DNA of 64,000 bases from Halobacteriota archaeon (GCA_050013755.1 JBEKER010000005.1:864-64863), one strand, 5' to 3'. Counted from the stretch's first letter, positions 44,731 through 54,600 are shown. The notes: generated from the sequence alone by a model not told the origin. Numbers and translations are program-made.

Positions 44731-45501
44731 TTGCGGGGGATCGACGTGAGCAAGACCGAGTACTATCGAACGACACTGCGTTCACTGGCTGACTGGGATG
44801 ATTTTCTGCTAAAAGAATCGGGATTGCCAGGCCCACGAGGAAATCTCGAGCTGGCAAGTGTGGTTGCCGATGAAGGAACTGAAGCCCAGTTTAAGCACTT
44901 TTTGACGTTTGACGCAGAGAGATTCCCTACCAACACACAGGGCGAGTTTTTAGCCGTATGCGGCGCGGTGGGGCTAGGGCGGCTTCTTGCACAAGGGGAT
45001 TGCAGCGTCCTTGAAACGCTCCGAAAATGTGCTGCTGATTCGCGATGGCGCGTCCGCGAAGGCGTGGCGATGGCCCTTCAACGCCTCGGCGACACACACA
45101 TGAGCCGGCTTCTGCGCGAAATGGAACGTTGGAGTGAGGGCAACTTTCTTGAGATGCGAGCCGCAGCCGCTTCGCTGTGTGAGCCTCGGCTACTGCAGCA
45201 AAAAGAATGCGCAAAACAGACGCTCGTGCTGCTAGATCAGATTACCGCGTCGATTTTGAGCGCGAACGATCGCAAAACCGACGAGTTCAGAGCCCTAAAG
45301 AAGGGTATGGGCTACTGTTGGAGCGTGGCGGTCGCTGCGAATCCAGCCGCGGGGATGCCTTTGATGGAACACTGGTTTTCGGCTACGGACAAGGACATAC
45401 GCTGGATAATGAGAGAGAACCTCAAAAAGAAACGGCTCGAGCGAATGAATGCAGGGTGGGTGCGGCATTCGCAGCTGCAACTCGAGCGCAGCACGCCTTA
45501 G
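44731..45501 (+). CDS. HEAT-repeat protein (DNA-alkylation-repair-like fold)
   Basis: 256 aa, all-helical. GLPGPRGNLELA, SRWRVREGVAMALQRLG and IRWIMRENLKKKRL resemble HEAT/AlkD-like repeat proteins. TTG 44731 or GTG 44746 start. Confidence 0.5.
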   Translation: MRGIDVSKTEYYRTTLRSLADWDDFLLKESGLPGPRGNLELASVVADEGTEAQFKHFLTFDAERFPTNTQGEFLAVCGAVGLGRLLAQGDCSVLETLRKCAADSRWRVREGVAMALQRLGDTHMSRLLREMERWSEGNFLEMRAAAASLCEPRLLQQKECAKQTLVLLDQITASILSANDRKTDEFRALKKGMGYCWSVAVAANPAAGMPLMEHWFSATDKDIRWIMRENLKKKRLERMNAGWVRHSQLQLERSTP

Positions 45502-45740
45502 CTGGCACTGTGGCGTCGCTTTCATAGCCGTTGCACCGAAAAAGAGGGCGCAGAAACTCTCTTTTTGCTTTTTTGACGTTGATTTCCCGCTGAGCGCTTT
45601 GTCATTCTCGACGTCGCGGGCCAGGCTACGCGTCAGCGGATGGTTGCGACATCAAAAACGGAGTATTTACTCATATGATCAGTATTTTTTTGGTATTTTT
45701 CTGACTGATGGCCAAATTCTTTGGTATTCTTCCGAAAATC

Positions 45741-45766
45741 ATATAAATGTTGAGTATGTTACTCAA
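45741..45766 (+). promoter_or_regulatory. TATA-like box (ATATAAA) plus 17-bp palindrome TTGAGTA-TGT-TACTCAA upstream of lrp
   Basis: The TATA box at 45741-45747 is ~30 nt from ATG 45775. The perfect 7-bp-arm palindrome at 45750-45766 covers the expected transcription start. Confidence 0.5.
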
Positions 45767-45774
45767 GTTTACGT

Positions 45775-46242
45775 ATGACGGAAGAAGCAGACTCTGAAAT
45801 GGATGAGACCGATTTAGCGATTCTTCACTCGCTTGTGAAGAATGCGCGGATCACGATATCGAAGATGTCACAAGAAATCGATGTGCCCGATGCGACCATC
45901 TCTCACCGGCTCAAGCGGCTTGAGCAAGCGGTGATCAAGGGCTACACGGTGATCCTCGACCCCCCCACGATGGGCCTCGAGATGACGGCGATTATCATCA
46001 TCCAGACAGAGACCGAAAAGCACGGCGCGGTGAAAATCGCGCTCTCGAAACTTGAAGAAGTTTCAGAGGTGTACAGCGTGTCAGGAGAGTACGATCTTCT
46101 GATAAAGCTCTGGGCCCACGACATGGAGGAGCTCAATCACGTCATAAACAGTAAGATACGCTCGATTGACGGCGTCGAGGACCTGACCGAGATGATCGTC
46201 ATGGAGCGCGTGAAGGAGGAGATAGTCCCACTGATAGAGTAG
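45775..46242 (+). CDS. lrp: Lrp/AsnC-family transcriptional regulator
   Basis: [45 protein letters not shown] (HTH_AsnC) plus a C-terminal RAM domain ([17 protein letters not shown]). Confidence 0.88.
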   Translation: MTEEADSEMDETDLAILHSLVKNARITISKMSQEIDVPDATISHRLKRLEQAVIKGYTVILDPPTMGLEMTAIIIIQTETEKHGAVKIALSKLEEVSEVYSVSGEYDLLIKLWAHDMEELNHVINSKIRSIDGVEDLTEMIVMERVKEEIVPLIE

Positions 46243-46256
46243 CGGAGGAGAGATCG

Positions 46257-47498
46257 ATGCCCTTTCTAAGCGAGATGATAAAAAAGCCGGTAGTCGACAA
46301 CACAGGAAAAGTGGTCGGAAAGCTCATTGACGTTATCGTATCAACCGACCGCCCCTATCCGAAGGTTAAGGCACTCAGTGTCCGTACGGCCAAAGACACA
46401 ACCATCGCCATCCCGTGGGAACAAGTGAAACGCTTAGAAAAGGAAATGACCCTGAAAGTCGCGGCGAGTGAAGTCGCCGCTTATGAGAAAGAGGAGCACG
46501 AGGTGCAGCTTGCGACCGATGTCCTCGATCGGCAGGTGGTCGACGTTGAGGGAAAGAAGCTGCGCCGCGTCAACGACCTGCAGCTCGCGCCGACGAATGG
46601 ATCGTACCGCCTCATCGGCGTGGATATAGGCGTGACGGGACTTCTGCGCAGGCTCGGAATTGAGCGCGTCACCGAGCGCGTGGGAATTCACCCAGAGGAG
46701 AACTACATCGCCTGGACCGATGTCGACTCAATACGGAGCGACCCAATGAGCGTCAAGTTGACCGTGCCGAAGTACGGCATCACGAAGCTCCACCCCGCCG
46801 ATATCGCCGAGATCGTCGATCAGCTCAATGTTCAGGAGGGGTTGACGCTCATCAACAGCCTCGATGAAGAAGCAGCGGCCGACACGCTCGAAGAGACGAG
46901 CGAAGAGCGGCAAGTCTCGCTCATCGCAGGCATGGACGCCGAGCGCGCCGCCGATATCCTAGAAGAGATGTCGCCAGACGACGCCGCCGATCTGCTGGGG
47001 GATCTTCCCGCCGACCGTGCCGAGGCAATCTTGGAACTCATGGAACCGGACGAGTCGGAGGATATAAAAGAGCTCCTCGAGTACCCCGAGGATACGGCCG
47101 GCGGCATTATGACGAATGAATTCATCGCCGTGAACAAAGAGCAGACCGCCCAGCAGGCGCTTGACGAGGTCCGGAAAGCCGCAAAATCGGTCGAGAGTAT
47201 CTACTACATCTACGTTACCTCCAACGGTGATGATCTCGTCGGCGTCGCCTCGCTTCGCGAGATCTTGATAGCGCCGGCTGACCAGAGGCTCTCCGCGATG
47301 ATGCACACCCATATTATCACCGCCGATGTCCGAGAGGATCAGCACGAAGTCGCACGAAAGATTGCGAAGTACAACCTGCTGGCGCTTCCCGTCGTCGAGA
47401 AGGAGTCCAAACTTAAAGGCATCGTCACCGTCGACGATGCGATTGACATTGTTTTGCCCACTGCGTGGAAGAAAAAGGTGCCCAAGATGTTTGGCTGA
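46257..47498 (+). CDS. soluble MgtE-like regulatory protein: PRC-barrel(s) + MgtE N-domain + CBS pair, no membrane domain
   Basis: PVVDNTGKVVGKLIDVIV (PRC-barrel-like), the acidic helical MgtE-N region (AADTLEE...RAADILEEMSPDDAADLLGDLPADRAEAILELM), then GGIMTNEFIAV...LLALPVVEKESKLKGIVTVDDAIDIV (CBS pair). The ORF ends where MgtE TM helices would begin. Confidence 0.8.
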   Translation: MPFLSEMIKKPVVDNTGKVVGKLIDVIVSTDRPYPKVKALSVRTAKDTTIAIPWEQVKRLEKEMTLKVAASEVAAYEKEEHEVQLATDVLDRQVVDVEGKKLRRVNDLQLAPTNGSYRLIGVDIGVTGLLRRLGIERVTERVGIHPEENYIAWTDVDSIRSDPMSVKLTVPKYGITKLHPADIAEIVDQLNVQEGLTLINSLDEEAAADTLEETSEERQVSLIAGMDAERAADILEEMSPDDAADLLGDLPADRAEAILELMEPDESEDIKELLEYPEDTAGGIMTNEFIAVNKEQTAQQALDEVRKAAKSVESIYYIYVTSNGDDLVGVASLREILIAPADQRLSAMMHTHIITADVREDQHEVARKIAKYNLLALPVVEKESKLKGIVTVDDAIDIVLPTAWKKKVPKMFG

Positions 47499-47514
47499 TT
47501 TATGAGGCCAGCCC

Positions 47515-48780
47515 ATGGATTACAACATCTTCCTCCGGCACCTGCGAGACCTCCGTGGACCCACGCTGACCAGAATTATCATATTTCTGTCGATAATGGG
47601 TCCCGGCATTATCACGGCAAGCGTCGATAATGACGCGGGCGGGATCACCACCTATTCGCTGGCCGGTTCACAGTTTGGCTACTTGTTGCTGTGGACGTTC
47701 ATTCCTATGACAATAGCGCTCGCTGTCGTTCAAGAAATGGGCGTTCGAATGGGGGTCGTCTCAGGAAAGGGCCTAGCCGCCCTCATTCGGGAACGAGCAG
47801 GCGTACGCATCACTTTTTTGCTAATGATCGCCCTGTTGGCGACCAACTTCGGCAATACCCTTGCTGAGTTCTCAGGCATCGCCGTTAGCGCGGGGATCTT
47901 TGGCGTACCTCGCTTGATCGCGCTCCCGTTAGCGGCGGCCTTCGTCTGGGGTCTCGTGATTAAGGGCAGTTATAAGAGCGTGGAAAAGGTGTTCTTGCTG
48001 GCGTCGCTTCTCTACGTCTCGTACATAATATCCGGGTTCCTGGCGCAGCCTGACTGGCATCAAGCAGCGCTGCGCTCCGCGTTGCCGCAGCTCAGCTTTA
48101 GCCAGGCATACCTGACCATACTTGTCGGCTTAGTGGGGACGACGATCGCGCCGTGGATGCAGTTCTATATCCAGTCATCAATTGTCGAAAAAGGCGTACC
48201 CGTTAGGGATCTCATTTATTCGCGAATCGATGCCATCAGCGGCGCGGCGGTAACCAATATCGTCGCTTTTTTCATTGTCGTCGCGTGCGCAGCAACGATC
48301 TACGCTCGCGGCATCCAAGTGAATAACGTAGCCGATGTCTCCGCGGCGTTGCTACCGTTGGCAGGGCAGTATGCGAGCGTTCTTTTTGCGTTCGGTTTTC
48401 TCAACGCTTCTTTGTTTGCCGCAAGCATTTTGCCTCTTTCGACGGCGTACGTCGTCAGCGAGGGGCTGGGTCTCGAGGCGGGAGTTTCAAAAAGTTTCCA
48501 CGAAGCGCCTGTGTTTCACGGGCTATACTTAGGGCTCATTGTAGTCGGTGCGCTCGTGATAATGATCCCCAACGCCCCGTTGCTCTCTATTCTCTACTTC
48601 TCTCAGGTGGTCAACGGCATTCTTCTGCCCATCGTCCTGATATTCATGCTCGTTATCATCAACGATAAGAGCGTAATGGGGGAGCACGTCAATTCGCGGA
48701 TCTACAACTATATTACAACCGCCACGGCCATCATCATGATCGGATTAAGCGCAGGCCTCATCGCTGCTACGTTCCTATGA
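47515..48780 (+). CDS. Nramp-related transporter with NRMT-type (Mg2+-type) binding-site substitutions
   Basis: SLC11 fold (GPGIITASVDNDAGGITTYS in TM1; LVGLVGTTIAPWMQFYIQSS in TM6), 11 TM, 421 aa. D-A-G-G replaces the canonical D-P-G-N, and T-x-x-A-P-W replaces A-x-x-M-P-H. Confidence 0.8.
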   Translation: MDYNIFLRHLRDLRGPTLTRIIIFLSIMGPGIITASVDNDAGGITTYSLAGSQFGYLLLWTFIPMTIALAVVQEMGVRMGVVSGKGLAALIRERAGVRITFLLMIALLATNFGNTLAEFSGIAVSAGIFGVPRLIALPLAAAFVWGLVIKGSYKSVEKVFLLASLLYVSYIISGFLAQPDWHQAALRSALPQLSFSQAYLTILVGLVGTTIAPWMQFYIQSSIVEKGVPVRDLIYSRIDAISGAAVTNIVAFFIVVACAATIYARGIQVNNVADVSAALLPLAGQYASVLFAFGFLNASLFAASILPLSTAYVVSEGLGLEAGVSKSFHEAPVFHGLYLGLIVVGALVIMIPNAPLLSILYFSQVVNGILLPIVLIFMLVIINDKSVMGEHVNSRIYNYITTATAIIMIGLSAGLIAATFL

Positions 48781-49208
48781 ACGGCGCGAACATTCGCGAA
48801 TATCACTTCGCGACTTGTGAAAAGGGAGGGCTAATGGGCAGAAGTAGTGGGGCGCGGCCTTTCTGACCTTGCCTTGTAGCTAGGGAGGTGAATCAAGCAA
48901 GAAGCAGGCAGGTGTAAGGAAATGAGGCAACCATGCAACAGATGTGCACGCTACGCCCCAACCGAGGTATTGCCCATTAGCATGTGCATATAATAGCACT
49001 CATATTTAATATAATTATCCTATAATATTTATCCGAGGATATTAAGCGAAGTTCTTGTGTGGGCTAAGGGCTGTCCCAGCGTCTGGAACTCGTGCCTCGA
49101 GGTAGGTGCGTGGATACTCTGAGACGTCATTCACAGATTATCGTTCGACACTTCATTACGACAGAGAGAATCATAACACAGCAAAACTGATACGCTCGAG
49201 AGCGCACA

Positions 49209-49652
49209 TTACGCGCCGTGAACGACCATCACGGGAACCGAAGCTGTACGGATGACTTTGTCAGTCACATTGCCAATGAGCAATCGATCTAAGCCTTTTC
49301 TCCCGTGCGTTCCGACGACGATGAGGTCGATCGCGTGGCTCCTCGCATACGCATCAAGTTCTGCGGCCGGGTGCCCCTCAAGCAAAACGTCGATGATTGA
49401 GGCTTCGGCCACCCCCCTCTTTATCAGCGCCTCTTTCGCTGCGTCAAGAATCCGCCTCGCTTCTGCTTTGATAATCACGTACGTTTCTTCCCACGACGCG
49501 TCAATGGGCTGGGCCCCAAAGCCCGTTATGTCTAAAACGTACGCAACGTGGATCGTCGCCCCTGTCAGCTGTGCGAGATACACACATTCGTCAAAGACCG
49601 CCTCCATAAGCGACGAACCGTCGGATCCGACTAAGATGTTCGCGAAGTCCAT
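49209..49652 (-). CDS. uspA: universal stress protein (UspA family), copy 2
   Basis: ANILVGSDGS...DLIVVGTHGRKGLDRLLIGNVTDKVIRTASVPVMVV. Paralogue of 42659..43102. Confidence 0.88.
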   Translation of the reverse strand: MDFANILVGSDGSSLMEAVFDECVYLAQLTGATIHVAYVLDITGFGAQPIDASWEETYVIIKAEARRILDAAKEALIKRGVAEASIIDVLLEGHPAAELDAYARSHAIDLIVVGTHGRKGLDRLLIGNVTDKVIRTASVPVMVVHGA

Positions 49653-49716
49653 CCATCTCACCCTCTTTCAAGCTTGCTTCTTAACCTCGCTGACTCCGTA
49701 TTTTGTTTGCGCGTGG

Positions 49717-51402
49717 TCAGTGCCGCGGCGTATGTGTTTGGGAAGGGCTTGGCTTTGCGAAGAACTCAAGTCCTTGCTGCGATGCAAGCACGGCGCTAAG
49801 TTGCGATCGATGGGTGAAAACGTAGAGGAGGCTCCAAAAACGGCGCGGCCACGAACTCGACGTTTCGCGTATGAGTTGCTGCACGCGCACGTCGTCAATG
49901 CTCGCTATCGAAAACATCGCACCGGCCGTATCAGCGTACTCTACCGACTCAGCGAATCCGCGACCGATATCGGCATCGTCTTTCCCGCGCACATAAACCG
50001 CGCCTTCCGAATACTGAGACCCGTTGGCAAAGAAGTTCGTCTGGCCGGAATCGACGATCGGGATCATAGTAAAGGCGCGAATATCTTCTGGCAAATTGTC
50101 ATCAAACGCGAATTCCCATTTATTTGGGTGCCACGTATGGGTCACGGGGTACAGGGCTGGGTTTGGCGATAGCTCGCCTTTGACTCACTCGCGGATGGTG
50201 AGCGTTCCCCACGTGTTAACCAGCTCTTTGCGCTCGTTCATATATTTTCCCGAGGTATCGACCCGCATCGTGGCCGGTGGCTCCGGTCCGGTCTGAAAGT
50301 AGTACGACGCGTACGCGCTGCGGTGTGCGGCAAACATCGTTAGCTGGCGATTGCCCTCAAATTGCGCCATGAACCAGTCCCAGCCGGGGGGGTCGGGTTT
50401 TTTCGTATTGTTTGCGGCGCGCAGGACTGCAGAACGCGGATTTCCGAGGAGGAAACCCCACTGGTGATCAAACCAGAAGACCCCCTTACTAAGCGGAATC
50501 GTCCTCGAATCAAGGCGTAACTCGCTGCCTTGGGCAAGGGTGATATTGGGTATTGAGTAATAGAGCGTACCCATGCCGTCCACGCACGGCATGCAGCCGT
50601 TGTCGCCCTGGCACAGGTATTCCTTGCCTGCATCAAACGTCAGGTTGATTGCAAGTTCAATGGGCCCTTCGACCGCCTTCTGCAAACCCCAGGCTTGAAC
50701 GGTAAGAGGCCAGAACGACTCTTTTCGGGCACTCGCAATCCGGTTTTTTCCGAGCTCGTAACGAAATGGGTCGAGGCCGCAGCTGATTAGGCCGGTTGTG
50801 CCCGCGATAACGATCGGATCCGCTTGGTAATGCCGACCGCCCGCCTCGCTCATGCCGAGCTGCAGCTCAACGACTTGGTTCTCAACGTCGCTGAGACCGA
50901 GCTCTGCGGCCAAGCCCGGCGGTAGCAGTGCTACGCGGAAGAACATGCATTCCACACCGTATTCGCTGCCCCCCTCGTCCCAACAGCTACCGACGAAGAA
51001 ATGCCAGCCAACCGACGTTCTAAGCTGCGGCAAGTGGTCGCGGGGAAACTGCAGATCCGCTGCTTTTGGCATCGGCTCGAATCCCTGACTCGCGTTCAGG
51101 CCAAGAAACTTGCTCGTAATCAAGTACGCCTGATGCGCCGTCAGTTCAGAGCAATAGGCTCTTAGCTTTTCATAGCGCCGTTTGTAGTTCGGATTGTGAG
51201 ATTGTGGGTGGGCCAGAAGCCAGTCCAAATACGTGCGCATTCTGCTCCCGAAAGCCACGCTGCTGTTGTTCTCGCTGAATATCTTTTCAGTAATGTCCTC
51301 AGGAATGCGGTTAGGATCGTATGCGCTAATCCACAGCGCGTTAGCAATGTGTTCCGCCGTTTCATCGTCAAGCGTCACCTTGTCGACGTGACCCTCGTTC
51401 AT
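49717..51402 (-). pseudogene. AttH/CrtC-like (lipocalin-type hydratase family) gene interrupted by one in-frame TGA
   Basis: ORFs 50185..51402 and 49717..50145 are in the same frame, separated by TGA (50185-50187) plus 13 sense codons. LQFPRDHLPQLRTSVGWHFFVGSCW...YGVECMFFRVAL and WFDHQWG match the AttH/CrtC N-terminal signature, and the downstream ORF continues as the second lipocalin-like domain. Confidence 0.55.
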
Positions 51403-51836
51403 TAGAATGACCTCCGCTCGTGCTCGTGCGCTCGCGCGTGCTCAAGAGCCCCGAATATGCTGCAATCTTTTTGCGTTACCACAGTTCAATCACCTTGGCC
51501 CAACATGCCGGCCTATTGGCTTCAGAGATCTGTCCAATTGTCTTCTGTGTAACGCAGCTCAGAGATTAAAGCGTTCCTATCTGATGTGAATGAAGCGAAG
51601 AATAGCGCTGTGCTGCGTCGAACAAGTCACGCGGTCGGGCGCGTGATCTGAGCGCAGCGGCATCTTAAAACGCGCCCGACGGATTCATCGCGTGAATAAT
51701 CCGGCGTAGTTACGACAAACAGGCAAACCACGCTTCAGGCGCACGCTGCCAGAGAGGCGCGCCGGACACCGTCAAGAATACGTAGGTATGCGCGGTAATC
51801 TGTGAGAACGGAGATAGGCCAAACACAAGGGCGAGG

Positions 51837-52562
51837 GTGGACGACCTGAAATTCGCAGCTCAGACCGACAAGGGAAACAGAAGAGAGAAAAACGAAGACG
51901 CATTTCGCGTAAATGAGCGTCTCAGATTCGTCGCGGTAGCCGATGGCGTCGGAGGCGAACCGGCAGGCGAAATAGCTAGCCGTTTGGCCGTTGAACAGAT
52001 TGAAGCGTACATAACGTCGCACATCGGTGAGGCACCCCCGCTCTCGACCCTCGCCGCCGCCGCGACGCTAGCAAACGATGTCATCTTCCAGCAGGGCCGC
52101 GAAGACCAGCCACTGGAGGGCATGGCAACGACGGTTGTCGCGTGTCTCTTAACCAACGAGCGCGTTTTTGTCGCCCACGTGGGAGATAGTCGCGGCTACC
52201 TCATAACGCCTGACGAGATCACGCAGCTAACCAGAGATCATTCGCTGGTTGCAGAACTTGTCGCCTCAGGCCGCGTCAGTTCTGAAGAAGCGCGAGAACA
52301 CCCGTATCGACACGTGATTACCCGTGCGCTTGGCCTTGCGGTCCGCACAAACGTGGAGCTTGGTTCTTTTTCATGGAACCGGGGGGATTATGTTCTGCTC
52401 TGCACCGACGGGCTTACCGATGCGCTCGTCGATCAAGCGATCTACGTGGTGATTTCAGATACCGCCACGGCGCTGCACAACAAGTGCGCTCGACTCATTG
52501 AGCTCGCAAAAGGGCAGGGCGGCCTTGACAACATCACCGTGGTCTTAGCCGAGCAGACCTGA
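51837..52562 (+). CDS. PP2C (PPM) family Ser/Thr protein phosphatase
   Basis: TDKGNRREKNEDAF, AVADGVGG, VAHVGDSRGY, LLCTDGLTD, GGLDNITVVL. GTG start. Confidence 0.88.
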   Translation: MDDLKFAAQTDKGNRREKNEDAFRVNERLRFVAVADGVGGEPAGEIASRLAVEQIEAYITSHIGEAPPLSTLAAAATLANDVIFQQGREDQPLEGMATTVVACLLTNERVFVAHVGDSRGYLITPDEITQLTRDHSLVAELVASGRVSSEEAREHPYRHVITRALGLAVRTNVELGSFSWNRGDYVLLCTDGLTDALVDQAIYVVISDTATALHNKCARLIELAKGQGGLDNITVVLAEQT

Positions 52563-52631
52563 CATCTGGCAGAACCGACCGAAAAGACTACCTGTGTCCA
52601 CTTAGCAGGAGATCTGGGGAGGTGTGACTAC

Positions 52632-53585
52632 GTGCCGGAACACAAACGAACGCACCTGATTCAAACTATTGATTGTACGCCCCCGTTTGATTTCGCATTG
52701 AGCACATACATTCTCGCTGACGGTGATCCTCAAATTGCGAAATACGACGGGACCGTGTATCGACAAGTGCTGCGAGTCGGCGGCAAGTTACTGCTTGCGA
52801 CTGTTGCATCCGTAGGAACGATAGATTTTCCACAACTGCGTGCAACCTTTACGAGTGATCGTCCGCTCACTGACCACGACGCGAGCGCGGCGCACGCTGT
52901 CATCAGTTCTGTGTTTAACGCGCATCTCGATGTCAAACCCTTTTATCATGGGATCCAGAATGATCCCGTTATGGCCGAGCTCAGCGGCAAGCTCCGCGGA
53001 CTGAAAAATCCGGCGACTCCCACGGTCTTTCAGGCGCTCTTCGATTCGATCATCGAACAACAGATAGCACTCAACGTGGCGCACGTTCTGCAACGCCGGG
53101 TGATAAAGGCGTTTGGCGACGTTTTGGTCGTAGACGGGAATACGTATTACGCATTCCCAACGTCAGAGCGAATGGCCCTCGCTTCGGTTGACAGCCTACG
53201 GCGCTGTGGGTTGAGCCGAAGAAAGGCAGAGTACATTACGGGCATAGCTACACGCATCGCCGCGCACGCAGTCGATTTGGAAGGGTTTAGACGGTACGGA
53301 GAGACACAGATGATCCTAGATAACTTGTGCTCATTGCGCGGTGTCGGCGTGTGGACCGCCGAGTTCACCGCTTTACGCGGCCTTAATCGACTAGACGTCT
53401 TTCCGGCCGATGATCTCGGGTTGCGAAGATTGGTCGGCCACTACTACTGTAGCGAAAGAACCATCACAAGCGCGCAGGCTAGGGGCATTGCAGAGCAGTG
53501 GGGGAAATGGAAAGGCTTAGCCGGCTACTATTTGGTGGTCGCAGGCCTTCTCAAAATCGTCACGAAAGCACCGAATGCGACGTGA
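52632..53585 (+). CDS. alkA: DNA-3-methyladenine glycosylase II (AlkA-like, HhH-GPD superfamily)
   Basis: LRRCGLSRRKAEYITGIA, LRGVGVWTAEF, catalytic-Asp context VFPADDLGLRR. GGGGAGGTG lies upstream of GTG 52632. Confidence 0.8.
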   Translation: MPEHKRTHLIQTIDCTPPFDFALSTYILADGDPQIAKYDGTVYRQVLRVGGKLLLATVASVGTIDFPQLRATFTSDRPLTDHDASAAHAVISSVFNAHLDVKPFYHGIQNDPVMAELSGKLRGLKNPATPTVFQALFDSIIEQQIALNVAHVLQRRVIKAFGDVLVVDGNTYYAFPTSERMALASVDSLRRCGLSRRKAEYITGIATRIAAHAVDLEGFRRYGETQMILDNLCSLRGVGVWTAEFTALRGLNRLDVFPADDLGLRRLVGHYYCSERTITSAQARGIAEQWGKWKGLAGYYLVVAGLLKIVTKAPNAT

Positions 53586-53734
53586 GGGGCGCGTTGAAGA
53601 ACACTCATCGCCGTATGTGCGTGCTGAATGGAGACGAACCCGGCCCCAACGCTTCTCCGCGGGTCGCTGACGTGCGCGACCGCACGAGGAAGGAGACGCG
53701 GTCTTATCTATGAAGACGGATTAACTTCGTTAGT

Positions 53735-53944
53735 ATGGCAAACAGCGATTGGAGTTCGGTCGAAGAAGTCGATGTGTCCGTCAAGGCGATCGTTACAATC
53801 ATGAAGCGAAAGCGAAAGCTGCCGACCCCCCTGGTCGAAGCGTACAAGCACGCTCTCGACACAAGCACGCGAGAGCTCACGCGGAGATTCTACGAACAGC
53901 TGACGACCCGCTGTCCGGAGGCACTCGACTACTTTATGGACTAA
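53735..53944 (+). CDS. hypothetical small protein
   Basis: 69-aa ORF with no SD and no family recognised. Confidence 0.3.
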   Translation: MANSDWSSVEEVDVSVKAIVTIMKRKRKLPTPLVEAYKHALDTSTRELTRRFYEQLTTRCPEALDYFMD

Positions 53945-54600
53945 ACGCCATCAGGGCTTAATGGACGTGATTACACCAAAAACCGTTCTTTAGAAGCTTT
54001 CACCGCGGTTGGGCGGTGACAGCGGGAGGTGTGAAGCCACTGCGGAGGCTGATCGCGAGTGGCTAGTTACCTATTTTTACCATCTCTTCTGGATTAAGAC
54101 CGTAGCTTAACCCAGAATGCCACGCAAGAGCGCACCCGTTTCTTTTCAGTACTTCACACATCCCGTAAGGTGTACGTCCTTACGCGGGTTGTACGCTTAT
54201 GTACTTTTTTCGAAACTTCCGGGGAAACCTTTGCAAAAACCGGAAGAAAAGTGGAGTACATTCGTGATATGCGCTGTTCTTACAACTGCTCTTCTTATAC
54301 GCGTTTAAAGACTACAGGCTGCGCGCAGCCTGACTTGACTGTACTTAAGCACCTGGCCCGACTCCTTTGTGCGCCTCCACGCTTTGGTTACAAGAACAGT
54401 CGTTGCGTGGTAAAGACACGTCAGCAGCAAACGGACGCAACAGACGAACACGCGCCGCAAGCGCCAAAATCGTCAAGTTTAAATGAGTAACTGACTAACA
54501 GTCCTCAAAGCTGCGGGTTTCTTCGACCGCCGTTTTCCAATCCAGGGCAACGTTGCTATCGGACACAAGCACAATATGGGTGTGTCAACGCTGGGGGTGA

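Noticed and set aside
49252-50172. 306-aa plus-strand ORF
   Set aside because: It runs antisense to the well-supported UspA gene and the AttH-like gene. The translation is Ser/Ala/Arg-rich with no motif. This is a typical shadow ORF of a GC-rich coding region.
50185-50187. The in-frame TGA of the AttH-like gene read as selenocysteine
   Set aside because: I see no SECIS-like structure. No Sec machinery is present in the window, and Sec use in archaea is restricted to a few lineages. A nonsense mutation or a sequencing error is more parsimonious. The locus is kept as a finding, without the Sec interpretation.
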